Positions 51,700 through 64,000 of a stretch of 64,000 nucleotides of DNA are shown here, in pieces; the first letter of the stretch is position 1; each line of letters starts with the position of its first letter. A model generated the notes under the pieces. It had not been told where the DNA came from, did not search any database, and was given only the letters and a program-made list of their open reading frames with translations. The stretch comes from Raillietiella orientalis (taxonomy: Eukaryota): positions 1,860,001-1,924,000 of the forward strand of contig JAYWIR010000023.1 of NCBI GenBank assembly GCA_036172245.1, in the 5' to 3' direction. Position numbers and translations under genes: made by a program.

Positions 51700-54620
51700 A
51701 GTCTGAGCTGAATTTCTAGCATTCTTTCAACGCATGTTCTTTTCTGGCAATTTCTTGATCGCTGATGAGAACGACTCTTCAAGAACAGAACAGGACCTGG
51801 TATCCTGGCTTTCGTATCCAAGTGATTGTTATACATGAATCGGAATTCGTCCTTGTGAAATCTTTGCCTCCCGGAAGAGCAAGAGATGGTGGTCTGCTAG
51901 CTTCAACCTGCAGCTGGATAACGAATCGGACGCAGCTCGTGATCCAAACTGACCTGTGAATGTGCTGAGGAACAAGGATGTACACAAGACGCGCGGCACT
52001 ATATGGGTGTGTCCAGAAGTATTCCAGCTGGCTTCTGCTGGAAGCACATTTTTTCGAGAATTTTGGTTTTCTGGCTTGACGTTGACGGCAGAGACCATGC
52101 GGGCAGTGCCTCACAAATTTTGCAGCAAGGGAGTGTTCTTCACGATTTTCTGAGCCTTCCTTTTGGTTTGTTTTGCCAACACAGCTTGATGATTCTTCTG
52201 GATGAGGATCACAGAAAGGTTTGGCTGAAGTCACCAAGTTATGTTTACTTTTTTTTCCGGAAATGAATCCTTGTTTGAAAACATCATCGATCAATACATT
52301 TGTGAGCTGTAGCTCCAGCTAACAATACTTACCCGGCTTCCAGGTCATGGTGGTCAAGATGGTTATTTCTCCGGAGTGAGGCTAGGCCGCTGTGATCAAC
52401 TGACTTGTGCAATAGCCCCAAACATGGATTACTCAGAGGCATCATTTTCAGAGCAGGAGACCGTTCGCTTGTTTGGGCTAACAAAGCAGGTATCCCTCCC
52501 TACAAATCATGATTGAGACTGACTGAGGACAATCGAGGATATGTTCAGTCGTTACTTTGCATTCGGGAATCCTTCTTCGGAACATTTTTAGCACCCTGTT
52601 TCATCTGGACTGGTTGCGTTACTAAAGTTCCAGGGCAGATGCATTTCTTTCCAAGAAAGAAGCTGGTTTCTGGACCAAGAACAAAATTATCTGGTTCAAG
52701 CGTAACAAATTAAACTAAAAAATATCAACTCTATCACACCGGCAAGAGTGATAAGTTGTTTACCTTTTCGTCTTTGAAATGGACAACAGAAAACTGCTTT
52801 ACAGCTTGTACATTGTGCAAAATGGATGACCCAGGCAAATGTTTGAATACCTCCTGATAGATATCCATATTCTTCGTGTTACTCCTGTGCTGTGTCTGAT
52901 AGATAAGACAGCTGAACACAGAAGTTACCATCAAAAAACATTCTGATGCGAAAATTAAAATTCAGAAAGAAATCAAACTGCAAAGAGGAATCCTCTTAGG
53001 ATGATACGCCAACGAAGAGAAGCTCGACTATTTTGTTCTGGAATGCTCATGATCAATTTCGTGTTTGCTAACACCGTCCGCATGAAATGAGAGGCAGCGA
53101 TGCAAAGCAAATGACAAAACACACACTCACACACAGAAAAGAAAGCTTGGCATGCAACCGCTTTGGTTTCTTCATCAGTCAAGTGATCAGCAAAGTGATC
53201 GTTTATTGGAACAAGTCATCAAGACTAATGCCAGGCTTAACTGAAGTTTCGATTGGGAAGACTCCGTCACCAGGGCCTGATTCTAGAGAAACACTAATCT
53301 TAGTTTTAATCCTAAAGGAAAGAAAAAAAAACATGCACTTCTCTATTTACAGGATAGAGAAGCGGACTAATGAAAATCCTGTTGAGATTCATCTGACTGC
53401 ACAGTGGTTCTGGACGTCGAGGCCGACGCCGGCAGCAAATTTGCAGCTCTGTGCTCGGTTCCGGAACGGAGCTGAAGAGTGGGACAAAAGGAAGCGAGGT
53501 GAGGATGTGTCATCTGAGTCATCACTGCAGATGCCGCCGCTCTAGGATGCCGGCTTGGGCATCCTCACCATCCACAAGACCGGGCTGCCAGTTTACTTCC
53601 GACTTTTGACCCTTCGTGTCGAAGTATGGACTTGTCACTGGTGTGCATCAGCACGCCACATCCTCCGGCAATGCGCTGAAAGCGCAGGACTTATTTCGCT
53701 ACTGCCGTGCAACCGTCATAGGATGACTGGATTTGGCTACTCCCTAAGGCATCTGCCCTCGCTTCCGGTAGCTCACACGTGGATCTCCTGCCGCCTCCAA
53801 AATTAAAACGCCTGGCGGCAGGAGACCTTGGAGTCCTGGGTTGTCACTTTGGAAATACGCCGATGGGAACTTCCTTCGCTGCGGAAGCTCCTACGCAAGA
53901 CTCTGGGAGATCTACAGGACTAGACGAAATGGTCCGGATAGCCGTCACATCCTTTGCCGCATCACTGTCTTGCCCTCAGGGCAAACAATGAAAGCAGCCA
54001 ACAGGTTGGGTGGGAGTTCTCCTGAAACATTGCAGGAGCCGTGAACCTCTTGGAGGGCTACAAGACGAGCGAGGTGGTGGACGCCGCCAGTTCCCGGGCG
54101 AAGGGACTCCTTCGGTGGAGTGACCTGCTCGTGTGCCCCTTGAAGAACTCGCGGTCCCTTCCCTGTGTGAGAATACCTCTGTGTTCCCGGCTTCTTCGGA
54201 GACGGGATGTTCTGATGTTTGTGCACAGGGGCCTCGACTGCAATTATCACAACCACAGACTTTCCGGGGGATTGCCTTCTTGAAACGTGGGATGATGGCA
54301 TCGTTCTCGTACCTCCTATTGGATTCCGGTGCCCGGAGGACATGCGGCTGAGACTCGCTTCGCGCTCCGTCGCAGGATCTCCTTCCCCTCCCTCTTCGGA
54401 GCTGCTGCGGCCCTTCTCTCAAGGCGGGCTGAAGGTGGCGTCATGATCGCAACGAGATGCTGCATCCGCGCCATAGTGACAGTCCGCCATGTGATGGAGT
54501 CTCGTTCGCAGCGAAGGGAGGCCACCCTCATGGCAGCCGCCTTCATGGCTTCAAGGTGGCCTCATCTGCCGGAAGGGGTTATCAATGAGATCGCCACCAC
54601 CTACAGCCGCTTCTAGAAAG
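51700..54620 (-). mobile_element. Decayed L1 (ORF1, endonuclease C-terminus, RT N-terminal half)
   Basis: ORF 51779..52294 IDDVFKQGFISGKKSKHNLVTSAK (~I...Q.AFI.GR.I.DN...A.E). ORF1-like PVH...IP...GKGPRVL and VGCFHC (53945-54422). Confidence 0.7.
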
Positions 54621-54799
54621 GAAGGAATGAAGAAAACTAAAGACCCCTTGTCCCTACTCACTTTTTTTTATTTATTTACTGTAAGCTCCCTCCGTTTCCT
54701 ACTTTTTTAGAAGCCTGTCTGCGTGCCGGTGGTCATCATCCCCAATGAACTTCTTTTAGGGGGACCTCTCTTGTATTCAAAGGACGCCTTCCGCTCTGA

Positions 54800-55700
54800 C
54801 TTGATTTTTATTTCTTACATAAACATTCCGACATCACCGGATAAAAATCCAATACCACTACGAAGTGAAGGTAGCCGAGGTGATGACGTCAGATCTAGAC
54901 ACGTTCATACAAGTGACTGCATCATACTCTTATCAAGACTGGGGGGGGGGGGGGAAACGTGCTCAGGAAAGAGTTTCTGCGCAGATGAGATATGCAAAAA
55001 AAACAAAAAAAGGACGAATCGAAGGCTTCTGGAAATGGTTTAAGGAACCAGGAAGTGGTGAGCTAGAACCGGAAACACTCAGGAACTTGAAGCAGCTCTT
55101 TAATTACCAATAAGGATGGCTCGGGAAAAATTTCCTTGAAGCCAACGATGCTCACATTCATGCAGATCACAGGGAATAAGAGGAACTGAACGTTCGAAAA
55201 CTGTGTAAGTAGCTCAGAGAGGCATTGCATGCTGCTAGTGCAAGGCAATGCGAGACTCGCGATCATGGGATTTTGAACGGTTCCCTACGAACTCCGGGAT
55301 CTGAGATGGACAGCCATAATCGAATCCGGCTCTTGGGAAATAAGCAAACGATGGAGACTGTGTGAAGATACTAAATTTGCCATGTCTGGAAGGACCGCAT
55401 CGCAGCTTGCTATGCGCACTGCTAAACTTAGTCCACCAAAACAGGGAACATCCTGTTCAGAACACTTCGGCTCCGGAACATTCGCAAACGCGATTTCTCG
55501 TAATCTTGAGAAAACGACGTCTCTACAAGTTATGGAAGAGCCACCTCGATTTTGTATTTTTTTTTTAAAAGTGCTGATCATAAGTAGGGGCATCCACAAG
55601 TAAGGAGACAATCGCTCAGCTGTCCATCTGCATTTCCTATGAAAGATGAAAAGCAAGTGAAGTCAAAACGCGGCAAATAAACATAAGCAAGTACCAGATC
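54800..55700 (+). mobile_element. L1 ORF2 fragment (endonuclease to RT)
   Basis: TSDLDTFI (~SRLDRFL), LEPETLRNL (~WN...FGN), KLSPPKQG (~IS..Q.AF). Confidence 0.5.
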
Positions 55701-57000
55701 ATCTTTCCGCTTTAAAGGATGTATCTTTTTGAGCACCAATTGTGTAGCGACTGTTGTCGTTTCCCAGAGTCACAACTAATCACGACACAGTCCACAGGTT
55801 TCCTATCGAGATTGGTCTCCAGTAGCCAATATATTCTGAGGTCTTCGGAGTCTTTAGAAACAGGATTGTCCTGATACACCTCCATACAGTGCATAATCTC
55901 AAAATCTTCTGTTTTCACCGCCTGTTAAAGATTGGGGTTAGAATTGCGACGTTGGGATCCACCATTTTCCAACCGAAATAGATGATCCCGTCCAAAAACG
56001 GTAAGGAGTGTGTTGCTTTCCTCGGTCCCAGCCAGAGGACTCCCCGGTGATGGAGGTCATTTCTAAAAGAATCGATTCTAATAGTCTCACTAAGAGCGCC
56101 TTTTCTGGTGTTTCGAGTTGTTGATGAAAGTGCTGTTCGATTGCTTCTGGTTGCATGGAACAACGAACTTCTTCTCGTCCTAGGATCAACTTCATCTCCC
56201 TTCTGTTCGCTGCATCTCTGGTTTGTTGGAAGAGTCGATTCTGATACTTTCGATGTATTGATTGGAAGGTTTGATTTGGAGAATCTCGAGTATTTTCCTC
56301 ATCAGATCATCGTGGTGGTTTTCGAATTCTTTCCAGGTGAACTTTCTTGTTCTCAGTTTCTCTTTGTACAGCTTTTCCTCTTCTAAGAACTGATTGTGTG
56401 CCTCATTCTTTCTGTCTTTTGTTTTTATTTGTGTAGGGAAGAACAGGGGGAGAGCGGGTCTCCTCGCTTCGACTATAGTCGCGGCTTTCAGTGTTTTTTC
56501 TTGGTGATGCATTTCTTCTTTGTCCAAGAGATCTTGTTCTTCGTTTTAGTCTGAAGAGATTGTAGATCTTAGGTTCTCCTATTTGCTTATCTCTTCTTCC
56601 ATCATTGTGCTGATCCGATCTTGCATTTTGCAGAAGTCGCCATCGTCTTTGACAGGATTAGTGAGGGACTCGACAAATGAAGCAGTTTGTAAGAGCAACA
56701 GTGCATTACCCCAAATATCGCCGTTCAATATCTGAAAGATAAGCTCTGTAGGCTCTCGTGGACGACCTCGCCGACGACCCCTTGTGGCTTCTCGAAGGAG
56801 CCACCCTGTTCTGTTATTGATTCATGTGTTGGTTATTCTGATTGTTCTTCTGGATTACCGCTCCAGGACGGAGAGAGCCTGGTTGAAGGGACACGGTGTT
56901 TGCTGGCTCTCAGAGATGACTTCATACTTGCCAGAGGTCGTTCTCTTCAAGCGTGCAGCCCATGCATCGTGCTTTCCATTGTACATAGGAGAGCCTCGCA
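55700..57000 (-). mobile_element. L1 ORF1 end and endonuclease N-terminus
   Basis: ALSET and GVLWL (ORF 55915..56163). EVYQDN...LRIYWLL...KPVDCV (ORF 55712..55918, ~VYG.N...R..LW...PW). Confidence 0.55.
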
Positions 57001-57399
57001 TACACTGATTCAGTGTGTACGTCACTGTCTCTTCCTACCTCCTCTTACTGGAAGAAGATCGAAGCAAGCTACACAGACGCACCCGAAGTCCAAGTGGAGC
57101 TTGGAATCCTTTCCAAGGGCACATTAGTTTCGAAAAATTACCTTCCATCCGGCAGTGTTGGTGACTACGTTGAGGAGTCTTTCAAGCCACACGTTCCAAG
57201 ATGGCTATTCCAATTTTACTTTTCAGACTTTGATCTCAGCCAAGAGGTTGAGAAGCGATCTCTTCATGTTTGTTTATGCCTAAGTATTTTAAAGGACTAT
57301 GAACCGAGTGAGGAACAGCAGACTGAGGAATAGAAGCGACTGCTCCCTGGAGGAAACAGCAAAGAACCCTTGTTTTTTTTTGCTGTCCATTCGCTGCAT

Positions 57400-58310
57400 T
57401 TTGAGGAACGGAGAAGCATTTTCATAATGCGCCTGTCTATAGGGCGTCATGACATGGTAGCACCTGCATCGCTTCCCCTAAAGCACCTCCTGCTGCAGCA
57501 GGGGATTCTTTGCTAGAAGCCTTTAGCACCTGAGTGCTTGAGAATGGGGAGCAGTTGATGTAAGCTAGGGATTTCAGCTGAGATGAGGGATAGGGGTTCA
57601 TTCCAGGATTGATAGCCTCCAGCCAGTATGGAGTCACCAATCTAGCACGACAGTTTTTTAAATTAAAAATTGGGATTTTAAGAAGCAATCTTAGCTTCGC
57701 GTGCATCCAACTTGTTCGTTTCTCCTTTGTCTTTTCCCCGGTTACCGAAAATCCGTGCGATTTTGATGTAAACAGCTTGTGATTATCACTGCTCGATGGA
57801 AGCAACAAGGTACCTTCCTGTGATTCCTGCCATGGGAACCGTACATCCCCATAGCAGACTGAGGAATAGAGCTCCTAGAAAGTGACGTTGAAAAGAGCTG
57901 AAAAGAGAGTGGGGTGTGCTGGACCAACGTTTGGTGTTTTGGTCTTCCAGTCGCGACAGGTACATGCCAGCGAGAATCAGCATGCTGAAGCGCTGACAGA
58001 GACCTTTACAGGAGTCTTCTGCCACGAAAGGGAGCACTGAAAAGTTAAATTCTAGGAACATGGCTTCTTAAAATCGTGCTCGCCTTTCAGTTCTGTTGAT
58101 AAATGCGCACCTTGACGTGAACGTGGATCTCACAACATCGACGCCTTCCGTTCGGCGGTGGCAGCTCTCAGAGGCAAGGGGATGTCTGTCGCAAAGGCAA
58201 GTGCAATGCTAGTGTTTCCTCTTGGTGGAGAAAAGCATGCGTAGGGAACACAGAGACGTCGTCCGGAACTGGAAAGTCATTTGGAGGCATTCTTCAGTCC
58301 CCGTTTAGGC
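57400..58310 (-). mobile_element. L1 RT C-terminal fragment
   Basis: LLKIPIFNLKNCRARL (~GL....FN.ALL.K.W). RGLKN-like sequence at ~58295. Confidence 0.45.
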
Positions 58311-58329
58311 ATCTGGTTCAGATACACTA

Positions 58330-60200
58330 TGTTCTTTGGGTAAGGGACACCAAGCTGATTTGTCCTTGCAAATTTGCAAGGACAAAAGTCTTCTCCATCC
58401 GGTTCGCGTCCGGGCCCACCAAGTCCATCAGCCTGTGAAAGACCTCCCGCCTGGAGTACAAGGCTATTCCTGGAGTTCTAGCTCGGGGTCCCCAAAGTTG
58501 AATGGAGTCCCTAGGAATCTTCCGGAAGAACTTCGAGATCCTGTGCTTCCTGGTCGACGTCTCTGTTCTCCTTCTCCGGTACGAGAAGACCATCATCCTG
58601 CTGAGTGCATTGGGCACTCCCCCCAAACGAGGAACGCCACCATGCCTCAGCAGGGAGAGTCCCCAAGGAATGCCCCCACTTCGGAAAGTAGGAAACGCTC
58701 CCACACTTACTGCTGAAATGCGGGGGGGCTGCGTCAGGGATAGGAGTGCATGCGGAGCCTAGCTATTTCACGGGGCCTCTCGAATGGCGCTCTTGCTGAC
58801 TAGGAGACATCACCCCCAGCGGTGGCTGGAGGCTGTTTCATGACTTTCCCTTCAGAGGTCTTCTTAGAACTCGGAGGAATAATCCGTAGGACTCTTTCGC
58901 TAAAAATACAAGAAAAGCACATTTCTTCGTTTGTACTTGGAATCTCGTTTACCAGTGAGCGCCTTCACGGATTGATGAGTGGCCGCTGTTAGACCAACTA
59001 GGAGAGTTGCCAATCACAGTGGATGTTGGCCTCGAAACTTCCAAGTCTAATATCGAACAGAAGCGCAAGCATCACGTTTGGCGAGGAAGCCGCGCGCCGC
59101 GTTCGCGCACAGCAGCTTGAAGAACGGAACAGAAGCGATGCTGAATCCTTCCATGCAACCATCAATCCTGGATAAGAAACCACTCCATGTTGAAGGAGCC
59201 ATGGTAATGGTATGTGGAGCGAATGACTCACGCTGTGCTGGACGGCTGGTCGTGTTCTCGATTGATATTTGTGGCTTCCCTTATAGCGGACTCAGCCATA
59301 AATTCTTGCAGCGGAGCAGTTTCCCCTTGTCATCATGGTATGAAGAATTTAGGGAAGAAGCGCAGTTTCCTGGAGACATCCTCGGCCGAGTGGAAAGAGC
59401 CCATGCTTGATTGGCTCTTCCGCGCTCAAAGAAAGCACCCAATAATTCGACAGGCTTCATTTTCCAAATGTTCCGGTGTCTGTGTTCTTTTTTTCTCTCG
59501 TTTTTATCATTTATAGATACATTTAAAGGTAATTTACAATGAAGAGTTAATCCGTTAAATTCTTCTTTCTAATCTAGTCATCCGGTAGTAGCCAGGAATG
59601 CTATTCCGGATTGCCTGTTCGCAGCGGTCTGTTCCTCTCTTCCGTAGGTGGAAGGAGTTTAAGCAGCAGCTGACTGACTCCTCTGCTCCAGTCAGCTGCT
59701 GGTTCATTAGACATCGCTGATGTATTGAACATTCGATGGAGCCACCGATTTTCCCATCTTGCTTGAATACAGTCAAAGAATGCCTAGCGTCCGAAACAAA
59801 CCATTTTGGAGATCCCAGGGTCCTGAGGAGCCTACAACCAGTGTCCGTTCAGAGACATCGATGCATTAGGCCTCGCTTCCTATCTAAAGGAGAGAGTCGT
59901 CAGTTGCAGGGGGACGCTCTGGCATTCGACCAGTCGATGAGAAGAAAATTGGCCCCATCAGAGAAGAATCTCTTCCAGTTGCCTAAACGTATCCTTTCTC
60001 CCAGAGTCACCTAATGCAAGGATTGAAAAGTTCCAGCGCCGAGTTTTCGAAGCCTTACTTGTTTATTCAGATCTTCAGGACGAAGATCCATGGTTTGGAA
60101 GTCCCAATTAGGCACATGCCTGGGAGCCTCATCGGAGGCAGAATTTCACCTTATGGCTTCACACGCGAATGATAGGATGACAAAAGATTATTCTCCAATC
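58330..60200 (+). mobile_element. Decayed L1 ORF2 (endonuclease, RT, RNase H; internally deleted)
   Basis: ORF 58336..58716 VKDLPPGVQGYSWSS...PKLNGV...EDH (~L.DL...G..FTWS...SKLDR...SDH). FSIDI...HKFL (RT). LQGDAL (RNase H ~EGDS). Confidence 0.65.
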
Positions 60201-60299
60201 GATTCTCAAAGAAGAGGAAATCCGCTAGAACTTTCGCTTTGATCCAACAAGAGACTCTAACCTAGAACTACCCATTATGCTTTCCTTTTTTTTTTTTAG

Positions 60300-62250
60300 A
60301 GGGGGGAGGGGGAAATGGGATTTATTAAATTTACTGCTCATTCCATTTTACCGTCTTCACTCAAACGTAGAAGCCACATGCTCATGTTGGCGGCCAAGTT
60401 GTAACAGTCGGTGACTTCTTAAAAGCCTAGAAGAAACACTAGATCTCTCAATTACTGTTTGAAGAATCCGGAGTCCTCTCCCGAATGTTCCATCATCCAC
60501 TCTGGCAATGGGTCTTTGATCCTAGCGAAAGGGTAACATGTACTCGAAATGAGCATCCTGACAGTACCAGTTAGAAAGTATAGATACGTAAGGCCTCTTT
60601 TGTCGAAGAAGGAACGCATTTCTTGATTACGGCTGTCCCCCAAGTACCTAACTCTTGATTTCGATCCGGGAATCTCTGCAGTTGGCATCTGTGAGAAGCC
60701 TTCAGCCTCACTTCAGATGAGCGATAATTCCACTTTGCAAATTGGTTCTTCAGTGGGTTCTTGTGCTGAGTGATTTACCCGAAGAAGGAAAGACTCCACA
60801 CACAATGTTATATGGGTCAGCCGCCTGAGAGTCATTCTAAAGTGCGGGACAGACTATCAGCTGGCACGGAGACGAATCTGTGATCTGAAAAAATCCCGAG
60901 AGAACGAACCTATCCTTGCATTGATCTTAGTCTTCCAGGAGGAAATCAGGAGGCTGGCTGGTATCTGTTGGCAAGGGAGACTAGAACTCTCACTGGATGG
61001 ACAACAAGTATCCCCGCTGTGTGACTTCTCTTCCCACTCGGACTTTGGAAAAAGCTCAGAGAAGGGTGAGGACACCTAGTCCGAAAGACCAATGGAGAAC
61101 TGTTGATCCCTTGGACAGATCTGTTCATTTTCCACCGGGCCAAGCTAGAACGCTTATTTGTCAAAAAACAAAAACACGCATATGATTGCCAGGTGTATAA
61201 TGCAATAGAACAGGAGGCGCGAGGAGGTCCAACGGACAATTGATCCTGAATGAGGGGTCTGGAGTGATGCGAAAGAAGGAATAATAAACAAATGAAATAA
61301 ATAAATACTCTGAGGAGGGGAACATCACGCCGGCCTCCAGTCCCTTGGTCCACGAGCGATGGACCAGGTTCCTTGGTCCGCTCTCTCGCCGTTAGAGTCA
61401 TCTGAGGCCACATCGCCATTCTTCGTAGCGTGGGGTGGCCATGAGTGGTCTCTCCTCTGTTGAAGGAGCCCCGTCTGCAGTAGAGTGGCCCCGATACCGC
61501 GGATGCAGCACCTTATGGAGGCATCGGTGCTGAATGATATGCTGCGGCTTTCCGGCGAGGTAACGGAGCACCGTCTCCTCCCCCACGTGCGAGCTAGCGT
61601 GGCCACGGGGTATTCCGCTACGACCCACGGCCCCGCCTGCATGGCTTTGGATACCAGGATGATCCGATCTGATCGGCGAAGGTGGCTGTATCCAGACGCA
61701 AGAGGAATCCTGCCATGAGTTCCCAACCCGACCGATGGGCATCGCAGTCCAGCATGTGGTGGGGGATGGATTTCCCCTACCCATACTTGACACAGTTTCA
61801 CCCCCTACGGATAATGACAGCACCTCTTTCCACATCAGCACATTCCATCCCAGTGTGAAGAGTGCCATGTCTGTTGCAGGGGAGGCACAGGGACGCCGAA
61901 ACACAAAGGGAGAAGCACTAGTTTCTCTTTGGAGAGGTCCAGAAGGTCCACTAGCCACTCTCTGAGGGAGCAGAGTGGGTAGTTTGGTCAACACACTGCC
62001 CAAGAACACATGAGTGAAGTGCAAGGGAACGGCAGAGGGGAGAAGACGCGATTACATTGAGGAGCTGCTCGACTTGCCTCTGGTAGCAGAACGTGGTGCC
62101 GTTTGGAACTGCATGATCCTCACAAGCAATAAATTGTGGCTGATAAGACATGATCATGTTGTGCTCGAGGAGCAATGCCTTGTACCAAAAAAAAAAAAGG
62201 ATGGCTCAACTCTATTTTACCACCAGTCTTCAGTCGATGGTGCTGATACA
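60300..62250 (-). mobile_element. Decayed L1 5' part (ORF1, endonuclease)
   Basis: ORF 61398..62024 FVFRR...LFTLGWNVLM (DUF4283-like). ORF 60452..60688 SFFDKRGLTYL...ARIKDPLPEW (endonuclease). Confidence 0.6.
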
Positions 62251-62399
62251 GTGCTGCCAGGTGAGAAAGGCTTGTTTTTCTCACTTGGCAAGGAAGTAGA
62301 TTAGAAACCTCAGGACAGAAAGCATCCTCTAAAAGCACGCACCGCAGGGTATCAAAAAGGCCAACCTTGACAAGAGCGATGCTTCTATTATCACAAACC

Positions 62400-64000
62400 T
62401 AGCATCAAGCTCGTTTTCCATATAATTAAATTTCTGATTGATTCTTGATCTGTTTCTGATTACGAAACTAATCATTTTTAGCGTAAACGCTTTTGTTTGT
62501 AACATGTTCATCGGATGAGCCATTAAAACAGTCCATGATATTTAAAAGTCTACAAAATCCATTTGATTTCTACTGTTTTTAACTATTCTTTTCCGAACAT
62601 TACGGAGTGCAAGTTTGAATAAGTTTGGTATTTTAATTAAGGAGATGATTTATGGCTTTCATAGATATTTTCGACTAGCAAATGTATCAAACATCATATT
62701 TTTGTGTAACTTTCAGCATCCAATTTTTTTGCTTATCCCTTAGATAAGCATTGCTTGCAGGCAATTAAATTCATATTATGTGCAAAATTTCATGTAAGTA
62801 CTAGTGGCATCAAGTATCAGCTAATGAAATTCCTCAGCCCAAGCTGACCATCAGAAAACTTAATCTCGTGTGAGCAAGGTATGCATTGTGGATTAATTTG
62901 CTACGTTGATGTAGGTATCTAATTTAGCATATGTAGCATGTATATATGTAGGTGCTATGCATTTTGCATGATGAATTACGAGATCCAACTGTGATACTGT
63001 GTGATCCGAAAAACTGCCTGATTGCTGTTTTGTTTTGAATACAAAAATTCTTTTTATTGTGCTTGACTGTGATTTCTTCATCAGATGCTGTAAACGCCTT
63101 CATTACAAATCGATGTCACCGAATAAAAGTTTTTTTATTCTGCCCTGAAGAAATGTCAATGAACTTCTCTTCCATGATTGACATGGATATCAATCATGCT
63201 GAGCCATCAAATTATTATAAGAACATTGTAATAGTGTTTCAAGTTTTAATTTCTTAGAATGAATGAGTTAGGGTAAGTTAATCTCAGCTGAGGTATCAAA
63301 TGTAAACATGTTTGAATTTCATTACAGTCATCTTCCAGCATGGCTGTAATAAGTATTACAGAGATTGAACAAGAATGCAGTGAGAGTGCACAAGAATTAA
63401 GTGTCTCTGACTGCCATAGGGAAGAATCTGTTGCTTAAGCTAACTATTCAGCTAATTTTACGTACAGTGTTGAGTCTGTTTTGTATGTACTTGTTTGGAC
63501 CAAGGGCTGAACTGTGTCCACAAATATGCTATTCTTTTATCAGTTTTTTATATCAGCACAAGATTCCAACTTACATCCAAAAGAAAATTATTATCAGAAG
63601 TCATTTAGAATTTATAACATCAATAGTATTCTTACTAGTGATTTCATAGTTTGCAAATCTGATGAAAGATTTGCTGTGCCTTACAGAACGTGGATTTTTC
63701 TGTATTTAAATACAGAATTCTGTATTTATGAAACCTAATGATTTCAGGATTTCTCTGTAAGCTGGAAATCTCATGCTAGGATTACCTCGAAGCTTAGCCC
63801 TTTTTTGCCCATAATTCTTAGGACATTTAATTGTGTAAATCCACTGTGGAAGTCTAGGCCTTAAATTTAATTAATAATTAACAGGAAGAATTATTAAATT
63901 ATTTAATTATGAATTCCTGATTGGTTATTGTTTTCAGAAAGAAAGAACATTCACACTCAACAGTGACCAGAGTTCATGTTTATTAGGTAAAGTTCTTTCA
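62400..64000 (-). mobile_element. Old AT-rich L1 RT remnant; runs off window end
   Basis: Minus-strand INM-TLVT (frameshifted, ~63975), DVSWNL (~63565), MLEDD (~63335, ~FADD), DGQLGLRNF (~62840, ~EGGLG.R). Confidence 0.6.

Noticed and set aside
63938..63986. 49-nt exon with ttttcag acceptor and gtaaag donor
   Set aside because: The minus strand matches the L1 RT IN.T.I.L region collinearly with other RT motifs, so the splice-like signals are probably chance. Exonisation cannot be excluded without RNA data.
1..64000. Minus-strand bias of L1 fragments as evidence of an enclosing gene
   Set aside because: About 16 versus 10 fragments is too weak, and the fragments are not independent.

Overview
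Eukaryotic (most likely land-plant nuclear) DNA. I found no intact protein-coding gene, functional RNA gene or CRISPR array. Nearly the whole window is a nested, tandem accumulation of about 25 heavily decayed L1-clade LINE remnants on both strands. They are recognisable from frameshifted motifs of ORF1 (DUF4283/zinc knuckle), APE endonuclease, RT, zf-RVT and RNase H. The supplied ORFs are fragments or antisense shadows of these. The most interesting signal is three L1 copies that share a 5' leader: a tRNA-like Pol III head (A/B boxes), a linker, and an array of ~40-nt GC-rich hairpin monomers placed directly before ORF1. A fourth L1 may carry an initiator-tRNA-Met-like head. Also present are a young 436-bp inverted copy of an L1 RT fragment ~38 kb from its apparent donor, a perfect 16-bp hairpin, and an ~830-bp AT-rich foldback element. 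LINE boundaries are approximate (about +/-100-200 bp) and come from reading motifs by eye, not from database searches.
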